Positions 1 to 13,745 of a stretch of DNA of 64,000 bases are shown piece by piece. The position numbers and the translations under genes were made by a program. The number at the start of each line of letters is the position of its first letter. The stretch's first letter is position 1. The DNA lies in contig NC_067399.1 of assembly GCF_016432865.1 (NCBI RefSeq), positions 120,838,001 through 120,902,000 of the forward strand, given 5' to 3'. This DNA comes from Antechinus flavipes (lineage: Eukaryota). Below the pieces are notes generated by a model, which saw nothing but the letters and a program-made list of their open reading frames with translations, was not told the DNA's origin and did not search any database.

Positions 1-2043
1 TTGTGCAATGGAAAAAAGATTCCTTCACTGGTACAAAAAAAGACATACCCAGGTCTCTGAAAGATAAGATGAACATGGAAAACATCAAATGACCTAGTTT
101 CTTTCTTTCTATTTGAAACGTCTGGACCATCCCATATACTTTGTATTCTGGTGAAGAAAATTTCACAACCTCTGGGTTTGCTTCCTCAAATGTATTTCAA
201 AATTGTTTTTTGCTAGTGTTTTATTTCCCTGAGTTTTTTTTTACTTGAAGAAAGGCTTGGTCTTTCAAAACAATCCCAATGTTTGTGTGAATATTTAGTT
301 CTTGTAGATAGTAATGGAATGTACTATCCCCCTCATTCCAGATCCACAAAGAATAGTTTCAAGAAAAACAATGGAAACTCCTTCTAACATTAGAATCATC
401 CTAAACCACGTGGTTTAGTAGGAAAAAGTACTGGATTAGAAGTCAAAAGACTATTTTGAATCCAAGCTTAGCTACTACTAAAGGCATTACCTTAGTCAAG
501 TAATTTCCCCTCTCCTGGCTGCAGTTAACAACTATGTGAAATAAAATTTACCTTGGTGATTTCTATGATGCCCTCCAGCTCCCTATCATCTCACCTACAC
601 AAAGAGAGATTAGGATTTTGAGTAAAGTGAAGTGACAGGTGATTATTGTTACTGTTATTCTTAAATATAACTATCAGCAAAGGTATTACATTATTATTCT
701 CTTGGTCCTCTTGGCCTGATACTACTAGTAACTCTTATTCAGTAAAAAATTGTAACATGATACCTAGACTCTAGCATCTATTGTTTTTATGGAAGGGAGA
801 ATGAAAAGGAAGGGGATAAGGACTTATTAAGCACCAGACATTGCACTAAGCACTTTACAAATATTATTTTATCCTTACAATAACCCTGGGGAGTAAGTAC
901 TGTTATTACTCCCATTTTATAGATGGCAGATATTATAATCTGCCCAATGTCACACATCTAGAAGTGTCTGAGGCCAAATTTGATTTTAGTTATCTCTTCC
1001 TCTGTACACCCTACAGAGCCATCTGGATACTATTCTTTATACCTCCTTCAGGTACCTGTTTTGCTTGTGACATGATTGCTTTGGGATAAGCTCTACTTGA
1101 AAGCTCTTTTGTGCAATGGAAAAAAGATTCCTTCACTGGTACAAAAAAAGACATACCCAGGTCTCTGAAAGATAAGATGAACATGGAAAACATCAAATGA
1201 CCTAGTTTCTTTCTTTCTATTTGAAACGTCTGGACCATCCCATATACTCTGTATTCTGGTGAAGAAAATTTCACAACCTCTGGGTTTGCTTCCTCAAATG
1301 TATTTCAAAATTGTTATTTGCTAGTGTTTTATTTCCCTGAGTTTTTTTTACTTGAAGAAAGGCTTGGTCTTTCAAAACAATCCCAATGTTTGTGTGAATA
1401 TTTAGTTCTTGTAGATAGTAATGGAATGTACTATCCCCCTCATTCCAGATCCACAAAGAATAGTTTCAAGAAAAACAAAGGAAACTCCTTCTAACATTAG
1501 AATCATCCTAAACCACGTGGTTTAGTAGGAAAAAGTACTGGATTAGAAGTCAAAAGACTATTTTGAATCCAAGCTTAGCTACTACTAAAGGCATTACCTT
1601 AGTCAAGTAATTTCCCCTCTCCTGGCTGCAGTTAACAACTATGTGAAATAAAATTTACCTTGGTGATTTCTATGATGCCCTCCAGCTCCCTATCATCTCA
1701 CCTACACAAAGAGAGATTAGGATTTTGAGTAAAGTGAAGTGACAGGTGATTATTGTTACTGTTATTCTTAAATATAACTATCAGCAAAGGTATTACATTA
1801 TTATTCTCTTGGCCCTCTTGGCCTGATACTACTAGTAACTCTTATTCAGTAAAAAATTGTAACATGATACCTAGACTCTAGCATCTATTGTTTTTATGGA
1901 AGGGAGAATGAAAAGGAAGGGGATAAGGACTTATTAAGCACCAGACATTGCACTAAGCACTTTACAAATATTATTTTATCCTTACAATAACCCTGGGAAG
2001 TAAGTACTGTTATTACTCCCATTTTATAGATGGCAGATATTAT
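1..2043. repeat. Tandem duplication, period about 1108 bp (1-936 matches 1109-2043; the left copy probably continues outside the window)
   Basis: Direct comparison by eye shows about 5 substitutions and one 1-bp poly-T indel. The copies diverge after ...gatggcagatattat, inside a MIR/MAR1-type SINE. Confidence 0.95.
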
Positions 2044-2836
2044 GATTTGCCCAGGGTCACCTAGTGGCTGAATTTAAATTCAAACTCAGATCTTCCTGAC
2101 TCTAAGCTCAGTCCTCTAACCACTGCATCATCCAAATGCCTTAAAATTGTGCTCTATTAGCAGCTAGCTGACTGTTGTCTGAATTCCCATTATTTGTAAT
2201 TCTCTTCCTGTGTCTGAATGCTAATGGTCCTTCTCAACTTTGTTTTAGGGATTGAGACACAGTGCATATAACGATTTCATATATGTTCCATAGAATATAA
2301 GCAATTGAGACATTCAGGAGCAATTAGTCTAGTCTTCCTTTTTATGGATAATGAAATTGAGGTCCAACTAGGATAAGTGCTTTGCCCAAGGTCATATTAC
2401 TAGTACTTTACTCAAGCAGAATCTGACATTGTATCCAAACCCTCTGTATCCAACTTGGGTATGCTTTCCATGACCCCATGCTTTATTCCCTCCCTTAAAG
2501 ATAACACTTCTCATGTTTGCAACAGGAAATTCATAATGAGACAAATGACTTCCTGTAAAAGGTACTCTTCTTACAGAGGAGGACTTTTATTTGTGTGAAA
2601 TATTGGGGTGCAACTAGTTTGTCTGAACCAAAAGGATGAGGCATATTATTAGTATTATTAACAGCTGATTGTAGCTTTGATGCTGACAAAAATTCTCCTT
2701 ATAAATACCAAGGATGATTCTTCCTATTCGGGCATTTAAATATTTACTTTGTGGATTGCCCAGACATTTTATACCACTTGTTTCTTTCTCCAGTGACTGA
2801 TTTTTTTTTTTTTGAGCTACACATCATTAGCATTCA

Positions 2837-5720
2837 ATCTGAGAGAGGATGGGAGAGAAAACCAAAGTAGACAGGATTATTAACTAATAATATAATTATA
2901 TCATTGTATTATTAGTTACTAGCTATTAACTAATAATACAATTCAACCATTGTATTATTAGTTAGTAGCTATGATAAATGGTATAGCAGATAAGGGAGTT
3001 AAAACTTGGTTTAAAGGAGGTTTGGATTTTTAAATGCCTTTCATCATTGCTGATCATTAGAACTTAGTGTTTCACACTTGGAGTTTTGAAATTGTTTTCT
3101 AATTCTTAATCATTTCAAGGGAGAGGGTAACTTTATTGCAGCAAGCCTCCTTTGCCTGTGACAAAAAAAGCTTGCTGTTCATTAATGAAAAAATATTTAT
3201 AATGTATGGTAGAACACAACAAATAGCTCACATATTGACCACAAAAACTAAAGTTACCTGATGAAAGGCTGGTAGGTTGGCTACTGTTATACTAGGAAAA
3301 GATGTAATGGGAGTAGCATTGATTCTGGATGCTTTTTTTTTTCTCCTAGGATACCTCCGTGGTTAATTTTAGACTTCATTTACAGTATCAGGGTCAGCTT
3401 TATTGAATAGGTAGCTGCCTGGATGGTGTGACTTTAAGGGCACCGACAAGGACTCCTTCACTTTCCTCAAGTGTGTTCATTAATAGCTAAGAGTTGTCAG
3501 AAACCCTACCATTCACAGCTTTTGTCCTGTAATTGAAGGCTTTGCTCTGTCTCAGAATGTATCCTTAACCAAGTTCACATTTTGTTTCATCAGTCTTTTA
3601 AACCTCATTATCATTTTGTTTATCACATTCTTTCCTGAGAGCTAATGGCAACATAAAAGGCTTGAGCGATGCTATTAAAAAGAGGCTTGGAGTGTTGGCT
3701 GACAAATTACAGTTATGGATGAGAAATACTGCTGCAACGAATCACAAAACCGTAAAGCTGGAAGAGTCCATTTAATGCAGCTTTCCCATCTTATATTTGA
3801 GAAAGCTGAGGCCTTGGGATGTATGGAAGCAGGCCAAACTTACAAAGGAAATTAGTCACAGGCTGGACTAGAAATCAGTTCTTCTAACTTCTGGAGATCA
3901 GTAGTCTGATTTATTGTGTAAGTAAGATAATTCAAATGCAAACATCCAAGAGAAGACAAGTAAAAATAAAATATTAACTCAAACCTGAGCATGGCATTCT
4001 AGTTAGTGACTGAGATAGAAATAATTCCATTTAAAACCTTAAATTCTAGATTCCTTTGAGGCACATACAGCTGATTCCAAAACTGCTGTGCAGAAAATTC
4101 TCTCAGGCTCCTCCTCATAATGTAATATCAAATTGACAGAGTTAGAAGTTTTGGAAATATTTTTACTTTACCCTAAGGGGTACTACTATAAGAAAGCTTC
4201 TCCCCATAGTTTCTCTTTCACTTTGCAGCTGAGACTTCCTATCTTTGTCTAAGGGAACATAGGCTTCTGGACCCATCTGAGAGAGGATGGGAGAGAAAAC
4301 CAAAGTAGACAGGATTATTAACTAATAATATAATTATATCATTGTATTATTAGTTACTAGCTATTAACTAATAATACAATTCAACCATTGTATTATTAGT
4401 TAGTAGCTATGATAAATGGTATAGGCAGATAAGGGAGTTAAAACTTGGTTTAAAGGAGGTTTGGATTTTTAAATGCCTTTCATCATTGCTGATCATTAGA
4501 ACTTAGTGTTTCACACTTGGAGTTTTGAAATTGTTTTCTAATTCTTAATCATTTCAAGGGAGAGGGTAACTTTATTGCAGCAAGCCTCCTTTGCCTGTGA
4601 CAAAAAAAGCTTGCTGTTCATTAATGAAAAAATATTTATAATGTATGGTAGAACACAACAAATAGCTCACATATTGACCACAAAAACTAAAGTTACCTGA
4701 TGAAAGACTGGTAGGTTGGCTACTGTTATACTAGGAAAAGATGTAATGGGAGTAGCATTGATTCTGGATGCTTTTTTTTTTTTTCTCCTAGGATACCTCC
4801 GTGGTTAATTTTAGACTTCATTTACAGTATCAGGGTCAGCTTTATTGAACAGGTAGCTGCCTGGATGGTGTGACTTTAAGGGCACCGACAAGGACTCCTT
4901 CACTTTCCTCAAGTGTGTTCATTAATAGCTAAGAGTTGTCAGAAACCCTACCATTCACAGCTTTTGTCCTGTAACTGAAGGCTTTGCTCTGTCTCAGAAT
5001 ATATCCTCAACCAAGTTCACATTTTGTTTCATCAGTCTTTTAAACCTCATTATCATTTTGTTTATCACATTCTTTCCTGAGAGCTAATGGCAACATAAAA
5101 GGCTTGAGCGATGCTATTAAAAAGAGGCTTGGAGTGTTGGCTGACAAATTACAGTTATGGATGAGAAATACTGCTGCAAGGAATCACAAAACCGTAAAGC
5201 TGGAAGAGTCCATTTAATGCAGCTTTCCCATCTTATATTTGAGAAAGCTGAGGCCTTGGGATGTATGGAAGCAGGCCAAACTTACAAAGGAAATTAGTCA
5301 CAGGCTGGACTAGAAATCAGTTCTTCTAACTTCTGGAGATCAGTAGTCTGATTTATTGTGTAAGTAAGATAATTCAAATGCAAACATCCAAGAGAAGACA
5401 AGTAAAAATAAAATATTAACTCAAACCTGAGCATGGCATTCTAGTTAGTGACTGAGATAGAAATAATTCCATTTAAAACCTTAAATTCTAGATTCCTTTG
5501 AGGCACATACAGATGATTCCAAACCTGCTGTCCAGAAACTTCTCTCAGGCTCCTCCTTATAATGTAATATCAAATTGACAGAGTTAGAAGTTTTGGAAAT
5601 ATTTTTACTTTACCCTAAGGGGTACTACTATAAGAAAGCTTCTCCCCATAGTTTCTCTTTCACTTTGCAGCTGAGACTTCCTGTCTTTGTCTAAGGGAAC
5701 ATAGGCTTCTGGACCCATCT
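2837..5720. repeat. Tandem duplication, period about 1438 bp (2837-4278 and 4275-5720)
   Basis: Both copies start atctgagagaggatggg and end ggcttctggacccatct, with ATCT microhomology at the junction. About 13 substitutions and 2 small indels counted by eye. Confidence 0.95.
2881..2964. repeat. Four-arm alternating inverted repeat (16-bp arms); second copy at about 4319-4402
   Basis: TAACTAATAATATAAT (2881-2896), ATTGTATTATTAGTTA (2903-2918), TAACTAATAATACAAT (2927-2942), ATTGTATTATTAGTTA (2949-2964). Confidence 0.9.
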
Positions 5721-6994
5721 TAGATAGAGATGAATGACGGTACTAAACCAAAGGGCGGACTTTTCTATTCTGATTATTCCATTAGTGTTGCTTCTAAACT
5801 CATAACTATTTTTCTGAAGTAGTGGGTACCAACCTGAGTGGAAATGCTAGCTATGAGTTGTTGGTTTCCTACAACCAAGCCATGAGAGGACAGATACAAT
5901 CCTTCCAGTAACTTCACAGAGGTTGTTTTAATAGACTCAGCACTGGTTTGTACAATGGATATCTGTGCTTTCCCCCTTAATTTTCAGGGAGAATGAGTTA
6001 ATTAATTGAGAAGTCTGGCCCAGATAGGCTTTGTCAAAAGGAAAGAGTTCCTGTGAGGTCAACATGTGCTAAAAGTCACTCAGAACATAATTTATAATGT
6101 AATTAAGTGATGTTTTGGTTTTGTTTTTTTTTTTAAGGGAAAATCCAGAACGTGTGACTCTCATTTGTTCAGGACACATGCTGAGATTTACTCATTTGGA
6201 GTTTATGGAAAATGTGGCAAGCACTATAAATCAGTGATGAGGGGAGTCTCAGAGTCTGCCCTATAGAGCTAATGTAGGTTTACTAAAACAAAGTTTTGCA
6301 TGAGGTTTTGCTAAAAAGAGAACTGAAAGAAAAAAAAATATGGTGGCAGGGAAGATGGTAAGGAAAAAAACCAGGAGTATCAGCTGCAGTGCTACTTCCT
6401 ATGTGCATCCTCATCTGGTCCCTCCTTTGTATTCCAGCTGAAAGTATTCCTTTCCTTAAATATTCCTAGAACATTCTACTGATCTTCCATTTATTTCCAT
6501 CATTATTTACTTGTATAACTAATACTTACTCCTGTACTTGTTCTATGTCTTTCTTTGCCCTACTATAATATAAATTAAAACTCTGTCTTTCTTCCCCCTG
6601 CCCCCATTATAATAGCTTCTATATAGCTGAAGTCACCATCTGCTTTGCAATCTGAAGGCATACAGAGTTGCCTGAGGGCACTGAGATGTTAAATGACTGC
6701 ATATTAACTGAAAAAGTCTATGCCCACTGACACAACTATGGCACATAGCCATATGTCAGAGATGAGATTTGAACCTAAGTCTTCCTCACTCAGGCTGCCA
6801 GGCCTCTATACTATAGGCCATCTTGATTCTGCTTTATACATATTATGAAACAGATATTTCATAAATGTTTGCTGAACTGAAATGTTTGCCAATAATATGG
6901 CCCAGAGTTTCCTTCCCTTTTGATTAGGCAGAAGGTAAGTTTTGGGCATATGCCTAACATATTTTTTTTCCCTGAATGAAACTTAAAAAAAAAT

Positions 6995-7455
6995 TTAAAT
7001 AGTTTTTATTTTTCAAGTACATGTAAATTCAACATTTGTTTTTGCTAAAACTTTGTTTTCCAATTTTTTCTCTCCCTTTCCCTTACTTCATCCCTTCCCA
7101 AGTTAGCAAGTAATCTGATATAGGTTAAATATGTGCAATTATTTTAAACATATTTCCATATTTGTCATGTTGTGAAATAAAAATCAGACAAAAAAAGAAA
7201 AGAAAACAAGCAAACGAGATAAAAATGAAAATATTATTCTTTGATTCATATTTAGTCTCTATAGCTCTTTCTCTGGATGTGGATGGCATTTTCCATTACA
7301 AATCTATTGGAATTGCCTTGAAGCACTAAATTGTCAAGAAGAGACAGTCCATCACAGTTGACCATTGCTTAATATTTTTGTTACTATGCACAATGTTCTC
7401 TTGGTTCTGCTCACTTCACTCAATATCAGTTCATGTAAGGTATGTAAGTCTTTCC
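6995..7455 (-). mobile_element. Old marsupial L1 3' fragment
   Basis: Resembles the reverse complement of the marsupial L1 ORF2 end and 3' UTR (ttggttctgctcacttcactcaatatcagttcatgtaag; gcaagtaatctgatatagg). Confidence 0.75.
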
Positions 7456-7599
7456 ATTGCTGAACACATCATATGTATGCTGAGGTCTAAGAATTTAAGG
7501 CTGGGAGAGAATTGAAATATCACCTTGATCTCATTTTAAATACAAAAGTTATTTCTGTTTTCAAAGAATATTAAATTTTTATATCTGCCCATGGGCAGA

Positions 7600-9130
7600 T
7601 TCCATCTCCTCCTATGCTTCACTCTTCCTAAATTACTGTTCAAATTTACCAGGATCAAAAGTCCCTCCACCCAATAGCACTTTCCCAAGCCATCATCCCT
7701 TATTTGACCTCACTTCCTGTTTTTCTCATCACTATTCTTTTTCTTTCCCTGATTTTTACGAACATGAAAAGTCTCCCCCATGCTTTAAAACAAGACAGAA
7801 GAACCTTTCACTTGACTTCCCAAATCCCCAAGTTTTTGTCTTCTATCTCTTCTCTATGTTTATACTCATTACCTCAAAATCCTCTCTTCTTACTCACTTC
7901 TCACTTTGTTGTACTCTGGCTTTTGGCCTTATCATTCAAGTAGAACTTCTCTGCAAAGATCTCAATCATCACTTAGTTGCCAGATCCAATGACCCTTTTT
8001 GAATTTCTCTTCTTGACCTCTATGCAACATTTCAAACTGTTAACCACCTTCTCTTGATATTATCTTCCTTGGGTTTTGGTGAATTTTCTTTCTTTTCTTC
8101 TTCTTCTTCTTTTTTTTTTTTTTTTTGGTTCTATTTCTATTTGTCAGACTGCTTCTAGAATTTTTTTGCAGGATTGTCATTCCTCTTATACCATTTATTC
8201 AAGTGAACCCCAAGTCTCTCTCCTTTTCTCTCCCTATGCCTTCTTTTTTATGGTGATCTCATCAGCTTTCATTGATAAATTTATCTTTATATAAATGGAT
8301 TAGACCAAAAATGTCTAATTGTATCCAGTACAATTTCTCCTGGACTCTTCTCACATCACCAAATACCTCTTGGTCATTTTTAATCATGTGTTCTGCAAGT
8401 ATTTCAAATTCAACATATGTAAACAAAAGTCAATGTCTTTTCCTCCAAATCCATTCTTCTTTCTAACTTCATTATTGCTATCGAAGACACATAATCCATA
8501 AATCATACAGCATTAAAATTTCAGTCACCCTCACATTTTTACTCTTCATCACTTTCTAAATGCAATTATTTTTTAAGTCTTATCTATTCTACCTTTGTAA
8601 CATTTTTCATGTTTATTCTCTTCTCTCTACTTATACAATCACTTTGGTAGGTCTGGCTCTTATTATTTCTTGCTGGACTATTGCAAAAGACTTCTTACTG
8701 AAGTCATACCTCAAGTCTCTCCCTTCTCCACCCTATCCTAATTATGCCTGCCAAAGTGATATTCCTACTGACCAACGTGACCATTTCATTTTCCTGTTGG
8801 AACATCTGTAGCAGCTCTTATTTCCACCAATGGTAAAATCCAACTTCTTTTATCATCTGAAGCTCTTTGTAATTTGGATCCAACTCCACCTTTCCATGTT
8901 TATGGCCCATGACTCCCTTTAAAATACTTGAAGTTTCAGCCAAAATCACCAAATTATTGTTTCCCATGTCAGATTCTATCTTTCCCCAGGTGATGATTAT
9001 ACATACCTGGAAGGTACCACTTTCTCACTTCTACCTTACAGAAGCAAATTCAAATTTACCTCCTACTTGAGGCATTTCCTTATCAGCTTATCTGTTTCTA
9101 CCTTCCTACCAGAATTGAATTGCTATTTAC
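7600..9130 (+). mobile_element. Degraded L2 LINE (RT region and 3' part)
   Basis: cttcttgacctctatgcaacatttcaaactgttaaccacc corresponds to the L2/CR1 RT motif LLDLSAAFDTVDH. Pyrimidine-rich L2-like sequence follows. Confidence 0.7.
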
Positions 9131-9139
9131 TTCATATGT

Positions 9140-9382
9140 GGGTAACTAGATGCTGCAGTGGATAGCATGCCGTGTGGGGAGTTAGGCAGACATGAATTCA
9201 AATACAGCCTCAGACACTTACTAGCTGTGTGATGCTATATAAGTCATTTAACCTGGTTTGCCTCAGTTTTCTTATCTGTAAAATAACTGGAGAAGAAAAT
9301 AGCAAAGTAGTCCTTTATCTTTGCCAAGAAAGTCCCAAATGGAGTCATGAAGAGCCTTGGACACAACTGAAATGACTCAACT
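9140..9382 (+). mobile_element. MAR1/MIR-family CORE SINE
   Basis: tRNA-like head (gcagtggatag...ttcaaat), CORE (gcctcagttttcttatctgtaaaa) and MAR1-type tail (ctttgccaagaaa...ccaaatggagtcatgaagag). Confidence 0.85.
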
Positions 9383-10869
9383 CATCTTGCCACAAAAAAA
9401 GGGGGTTTTTCCAAACTAAAAAAGGCAATAAAATCTACTATGGTCACAAATAGAATAGAGAACTGAAAAGGAAACAGCAAAGAAGATGTGATTGCTATTT
9501 TTTAAATTAAAATTTATTTATTTTTTCCTTCCTTTTAGCAAATTTAGCTATGATAGAAAGTAGGCTTGGAAAACACATGAAAGATCAGTGAATTTTCTTT
9601 TGCTGTCAAAATCCTATAATACATGATTGAGGGATTATTTTTTGAACAATTGGAAAGGGAGGTAGGGATTATTAAAAATCAATGTCATTCTCTGAGTTAT
9701 ATTGACTTATCTATAATGACTTGCCCAAAGTTACAAGGAGTAAAGAGCAGAATTGAGATTCAGATGCAAAAGTCATTGCCTTTTTGGATGGATATTTAGA
9801 CTGTGGAGGCAGTGGAACAGTGGATAGAGGGCTAACTTTGCAGTCAGAAGAACTGGGTTCAAATCCTGCTTTTAACACATATGATGACAAAGGGCATATG
9901 TTACACTCTCATTTCTTTAGACAAAAAAAAAAAAAAGACGAAGTTATAGATGAAATATGTATGTGCATTAGTAGAAGGGCTTTCCACAATGAGATTTCTC
10001 CACACCAATTGAATTGTAGTTTCAAAGCAAAGAATCAACAAAAAATTAAACTAGTAAATTAAGGGAATAACATATGTATAATTGTGTATACCTAGATATA
10101 TTTCCATCAAAATGATTTTTCAAAGTTTCTCATATTATGCTTGTGAATCAGAAAAAAAGTATGAGTTGGAAGATGAATATAATTTTCTGTCTATTATATA
10201 TGATTTTATTCAATTTTTAAACTATATTCTTTTTATTGAGATAGTTGATAAGTTTACTATAAATATTATGAACCTCCCCCCAAACTCTGCTGGGAGTCAC
10301 CAAATAGTTACTAACCCTGAAAAGAAGGTGGGGAGAGTAGAGAAGAGAAAAGCTTTGGGAGGCTCTAGTTTACTTTTTTGTGATAAAGAAATATTAATAA
10401 CAGCCATGTTCAGTGTTTGGTCCCATGATTATAGTACAAACATGAACTGCTTTATTTTACCCTAAAACTCTGCTTTTTGATATAGTTTAGGAATACTAAT
10501 GAAAATATGATCCTCATTGTTTTTTCATTGGATTTTGTTTTCCTCATCTGAGAGAATATGTCACTGACAAGAAAATAGATGAAAAAATGGCCTACATTTA
10601 TAAAAAAACTAAAAAACTAGAGACAGAGACAGTTTATTTGCATTATTCAGTTATTTCAATCTGATTCTTCTTGATTTTTTAAATATAAATATTTATATTT
10701 TCTGTTTCTTACAAGACCACAATTATTCTAAATATCCCTCCCTCTCCATCTCCCATAGCCTATATGACAAATAGTATTAAAAACATATATATTTCATGGA
10801 CCAGATATCTTAAAGGTCTTTCATTGGCCTTTAGCACATAGATGGAATCTTAAAAATCAAGAAATAAAA

Positions 10870-11560
10870 ACACTGTTCTTTTCTTTTTTTTCTTATCATC
10901 TCTGGAAATAGACCTAGTAGGTGGTACTGTTGGATCAAAGTATAATCAGTTTAATAAATCATTAGGCATAATTATAAAATGGTTGAATTCATTCACAATT
11001 CCACCAATAGTGAATGTTCTTTAACATTTGTCATTTTCTACTTCAATCATTTTATCCAATCTGATAGATACAAAATAATACATCAAAGTTTTTTAAATTT
11101 TCATTTCTCTAATCAAGAATGATTTAGAGCATTTTTCCTATATGACTATATATTGTTTTAAAATATTTATAACAGCTATCATTGTGGAATATCAATCAGT
11201 AGGGAATTGGCTGAACAAATTGAAATATATGATTGTGCTACAAGAAATGATGAGCACAACAATCTTAGAAACACATGGAAAGACTTGTACAAAATGATGA
11301 AAAATGAAGTGAGCAGAACCAAGAGAATATTGTATGTAATAATAAAAAATATTGTTTTAAAATGACTTTAAGTAAATAAGTCATTTTATTTCTTATAAAT
11401 ACCTAAATTAATTATAAAGGACATATGAAGAAAGAAGCTATCTTCATATAGAGAAAATTAATAAAGAGATGTATATATATAGAATAATTTTACACATACA
11501 AATAGTATGTATGTGTGTGGTGTGTGTGTATTTGTATGATCATCTTTTCTAAAATTTACC
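10870..11560. mobile_element. Old L1 with 5' inversion (minus segment about 10870-11160, plus segment about 11161-11560)
   Basis: The minus part reads through the ...LLGLFP... region of ORF2. The plus part resumes at the next ORF2 motif (aaatatttataacagct, KIFIAA-like). This is twin-priming geometry. Confidence 0.65.
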
Positions 11561-12652
11561 TGAATAGAAATTCTTCCTATAACATCTCTACCAGCCCTAT
11601 ACACATTCATTTTTTTTTAAAAGTCTGGATGTGAGACTTCATCAGCATAGATGAATTCTCACTAGGGAAGGTCTTTCCACCAATGTATATCAAAAACTTT
11701 TAATTTAAAATTGTGTGGAATTGATCATGGTACTTTGAGGTTAAATAGTTTATCTGTAGTTACATAACCAAGTAGATATTAGAAGCAAGCACTTGAACTG
11801 ACATCTTTAAGACACTGAGAATGACTTTCTACCCACTGTTCTATGTTGCATGTCCAGTTATTTTTCCCCAATTGGGACATCAACAAATACTTCATTTAAT
11901 TCAGAAAACAAATAATGTTGAATGTATATATTTGCTTAATAAAAGAAATTTTTCAAGCTCTTACTCTATTGCTAAATGATTCAGATAGCTTTGTTTTTTA
12001 TATGTAAAAAGAAATTTAACATTCATTTAAAAAATTTTTTTTGAGTTCTAAATTCTTTCCATTCTTCCCTTTTTTCCCCCCTCCTTGAGAAGGCAAACAA
12101 TTTGATGTACTTTATAACATGTAGTCATGCAAAACACATTTCCAAAAATAGCTTTACTTTATTTAACTAATTTTATTCTCTTGCAGTCAAACAATTCTCA
12201 CTTTTGAATCTCCAACATGTCTGATACTTTCTGTAAAAAATAGGATTCTGAAATTTCAGAATTGTATCTTACTGTAAGTCATCATTTTGTATCTCACATT
12301 CTTCCTTCTTGCAAGTTACAAAGTGTTTTTTTTTTAATCATATAAGTTTCTACTAGTTCATGCTGTGCAACAGTCTTATTCTTGCCTAGCAGACATTGTG
12401 TATCATAGGATACAAGTTATCAGCTTCTGAATACATTGGTGGCTAGTGGACACCAGAGCTATCCCTCAAAATTCTTAAAGTAACAACAGAGGGGCATCAC
12501 AAATTTTATCCATGGTTACCACAAGTTCATAGAATCCAGAGTTAGAATCTTAGAAGTCATTTGGTGAACTCCCTTCATCCTGATATAGGATCATCCAATA
12601 CCTGTTTGAAGACTTTCAGACTCACTACCTTCCCAACCTGAATATTCAACTT

Positions 12653-13040
12653 TATTGCTGTTCAGCTATTTCAGACATGTCTGAATCTTTGTGACCCTGT
12701 AAACTTGTCCATGAGGTTTTCTTGGCAAAGATACTGGAGTGGTTGGCCATTTCCTTCTCTGAGTTTGATGGTTTGCCCAAAGTCACACAGCTTGGAAGTA
12801 GCTGGTATTGGCTAGAGCACCAGGTTTGAAATAGAAGACTCATTTTCATGAGTTCAAAATCAGTCTCAGACAACTGCAAGCTATGTAACTGTGGGCAAGT
12901 CACTTCACCCTGTTTGCATCAGTTTCCTCATTTGTAAAATGAACTGAAGAAAAAAATGGCAAACCATTCTAGTGTCTTTGCCAAGAAAACCTCAAATGGG
13001 GTCATGAAGAACCAGACACAAAAGAAATGACTAAACAACT
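12653..13040. mobile_element. Cluster of MAR1 SINE fragments in opposite orientations
   Basis: MAR1 tail on minus (ttttcttggcaaagatactggagtggttggccat). CORE and tail on plus (catcagtttcctcatttgtaaaatgaactgaagaaaaaaatggcaaaccattctagtgtctttgccaagaaaacc). Confidence 0.8.
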
Positions 13041-13664
13041 TTCTGACTCCAAGCCCAGAGCCTTATCCACTGTGCCACCAACTGTCCCATTTTGGAACAG
13101 CTTTAATTATTCAGAAATTTTTCCTTATATTTATACTTGCTTCTGCAATATACACTCAATGCTTGGGCAGAGTTCTGCCCAAGTCAATAATATGAATGCT
13201 TCTTCAGGTGCTAGGATACTTGGCCCACAAATTTCTTTGAACTTCAAAAGATCTATTTGTATGCTTCAATGCATTATATTATTTCTACTTCAGATAACTC
13301 AAAGTGCAGAGTGAGAAAATAAATTCTCAGGGAAACATCTCTAAAGCATATCATAGTTCAACATTCATATAGAAAATTGGATTGGAAATTTCAGCATTTT
13401 TAGTTTATAAATATGTGAAAACTTGGTATAGTGATTGGGAATAATGTCATCAGCATTAATTCAACTTTCCTATTCATATTTGTATAGTATAATACTGATT
13501 TTATCCATGTGATAGCCATCTCAAATCCTAGGACACTTAGCACCCCTCCCATCCCTTAATTTTTGTTGGAGTCACTCAAAAGAGAAAGCAAAATGTCCTT
13601 GTGGAATCAGAATATTTTTGTTTGATAATTGATATAGCACAATGGAAATTATCAAGCAAATAAA

Positions 13665-13745
13665 AGTATATATATATATACATATATATAGAGAGAGAAA
13701 GAGATAAAAGTATACATAATATGTATATAGATATATATACAGATG

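Noticed and set aside
9784-10465. Adjacent 92-aa and 127-aa ORFs as a novel gene
   Set aside because: The first overlaps a MIR-like SINE. Both are low-complexity translations of AT-rich DNA with no recognisable domain, and one starts at a non-ATG codon.
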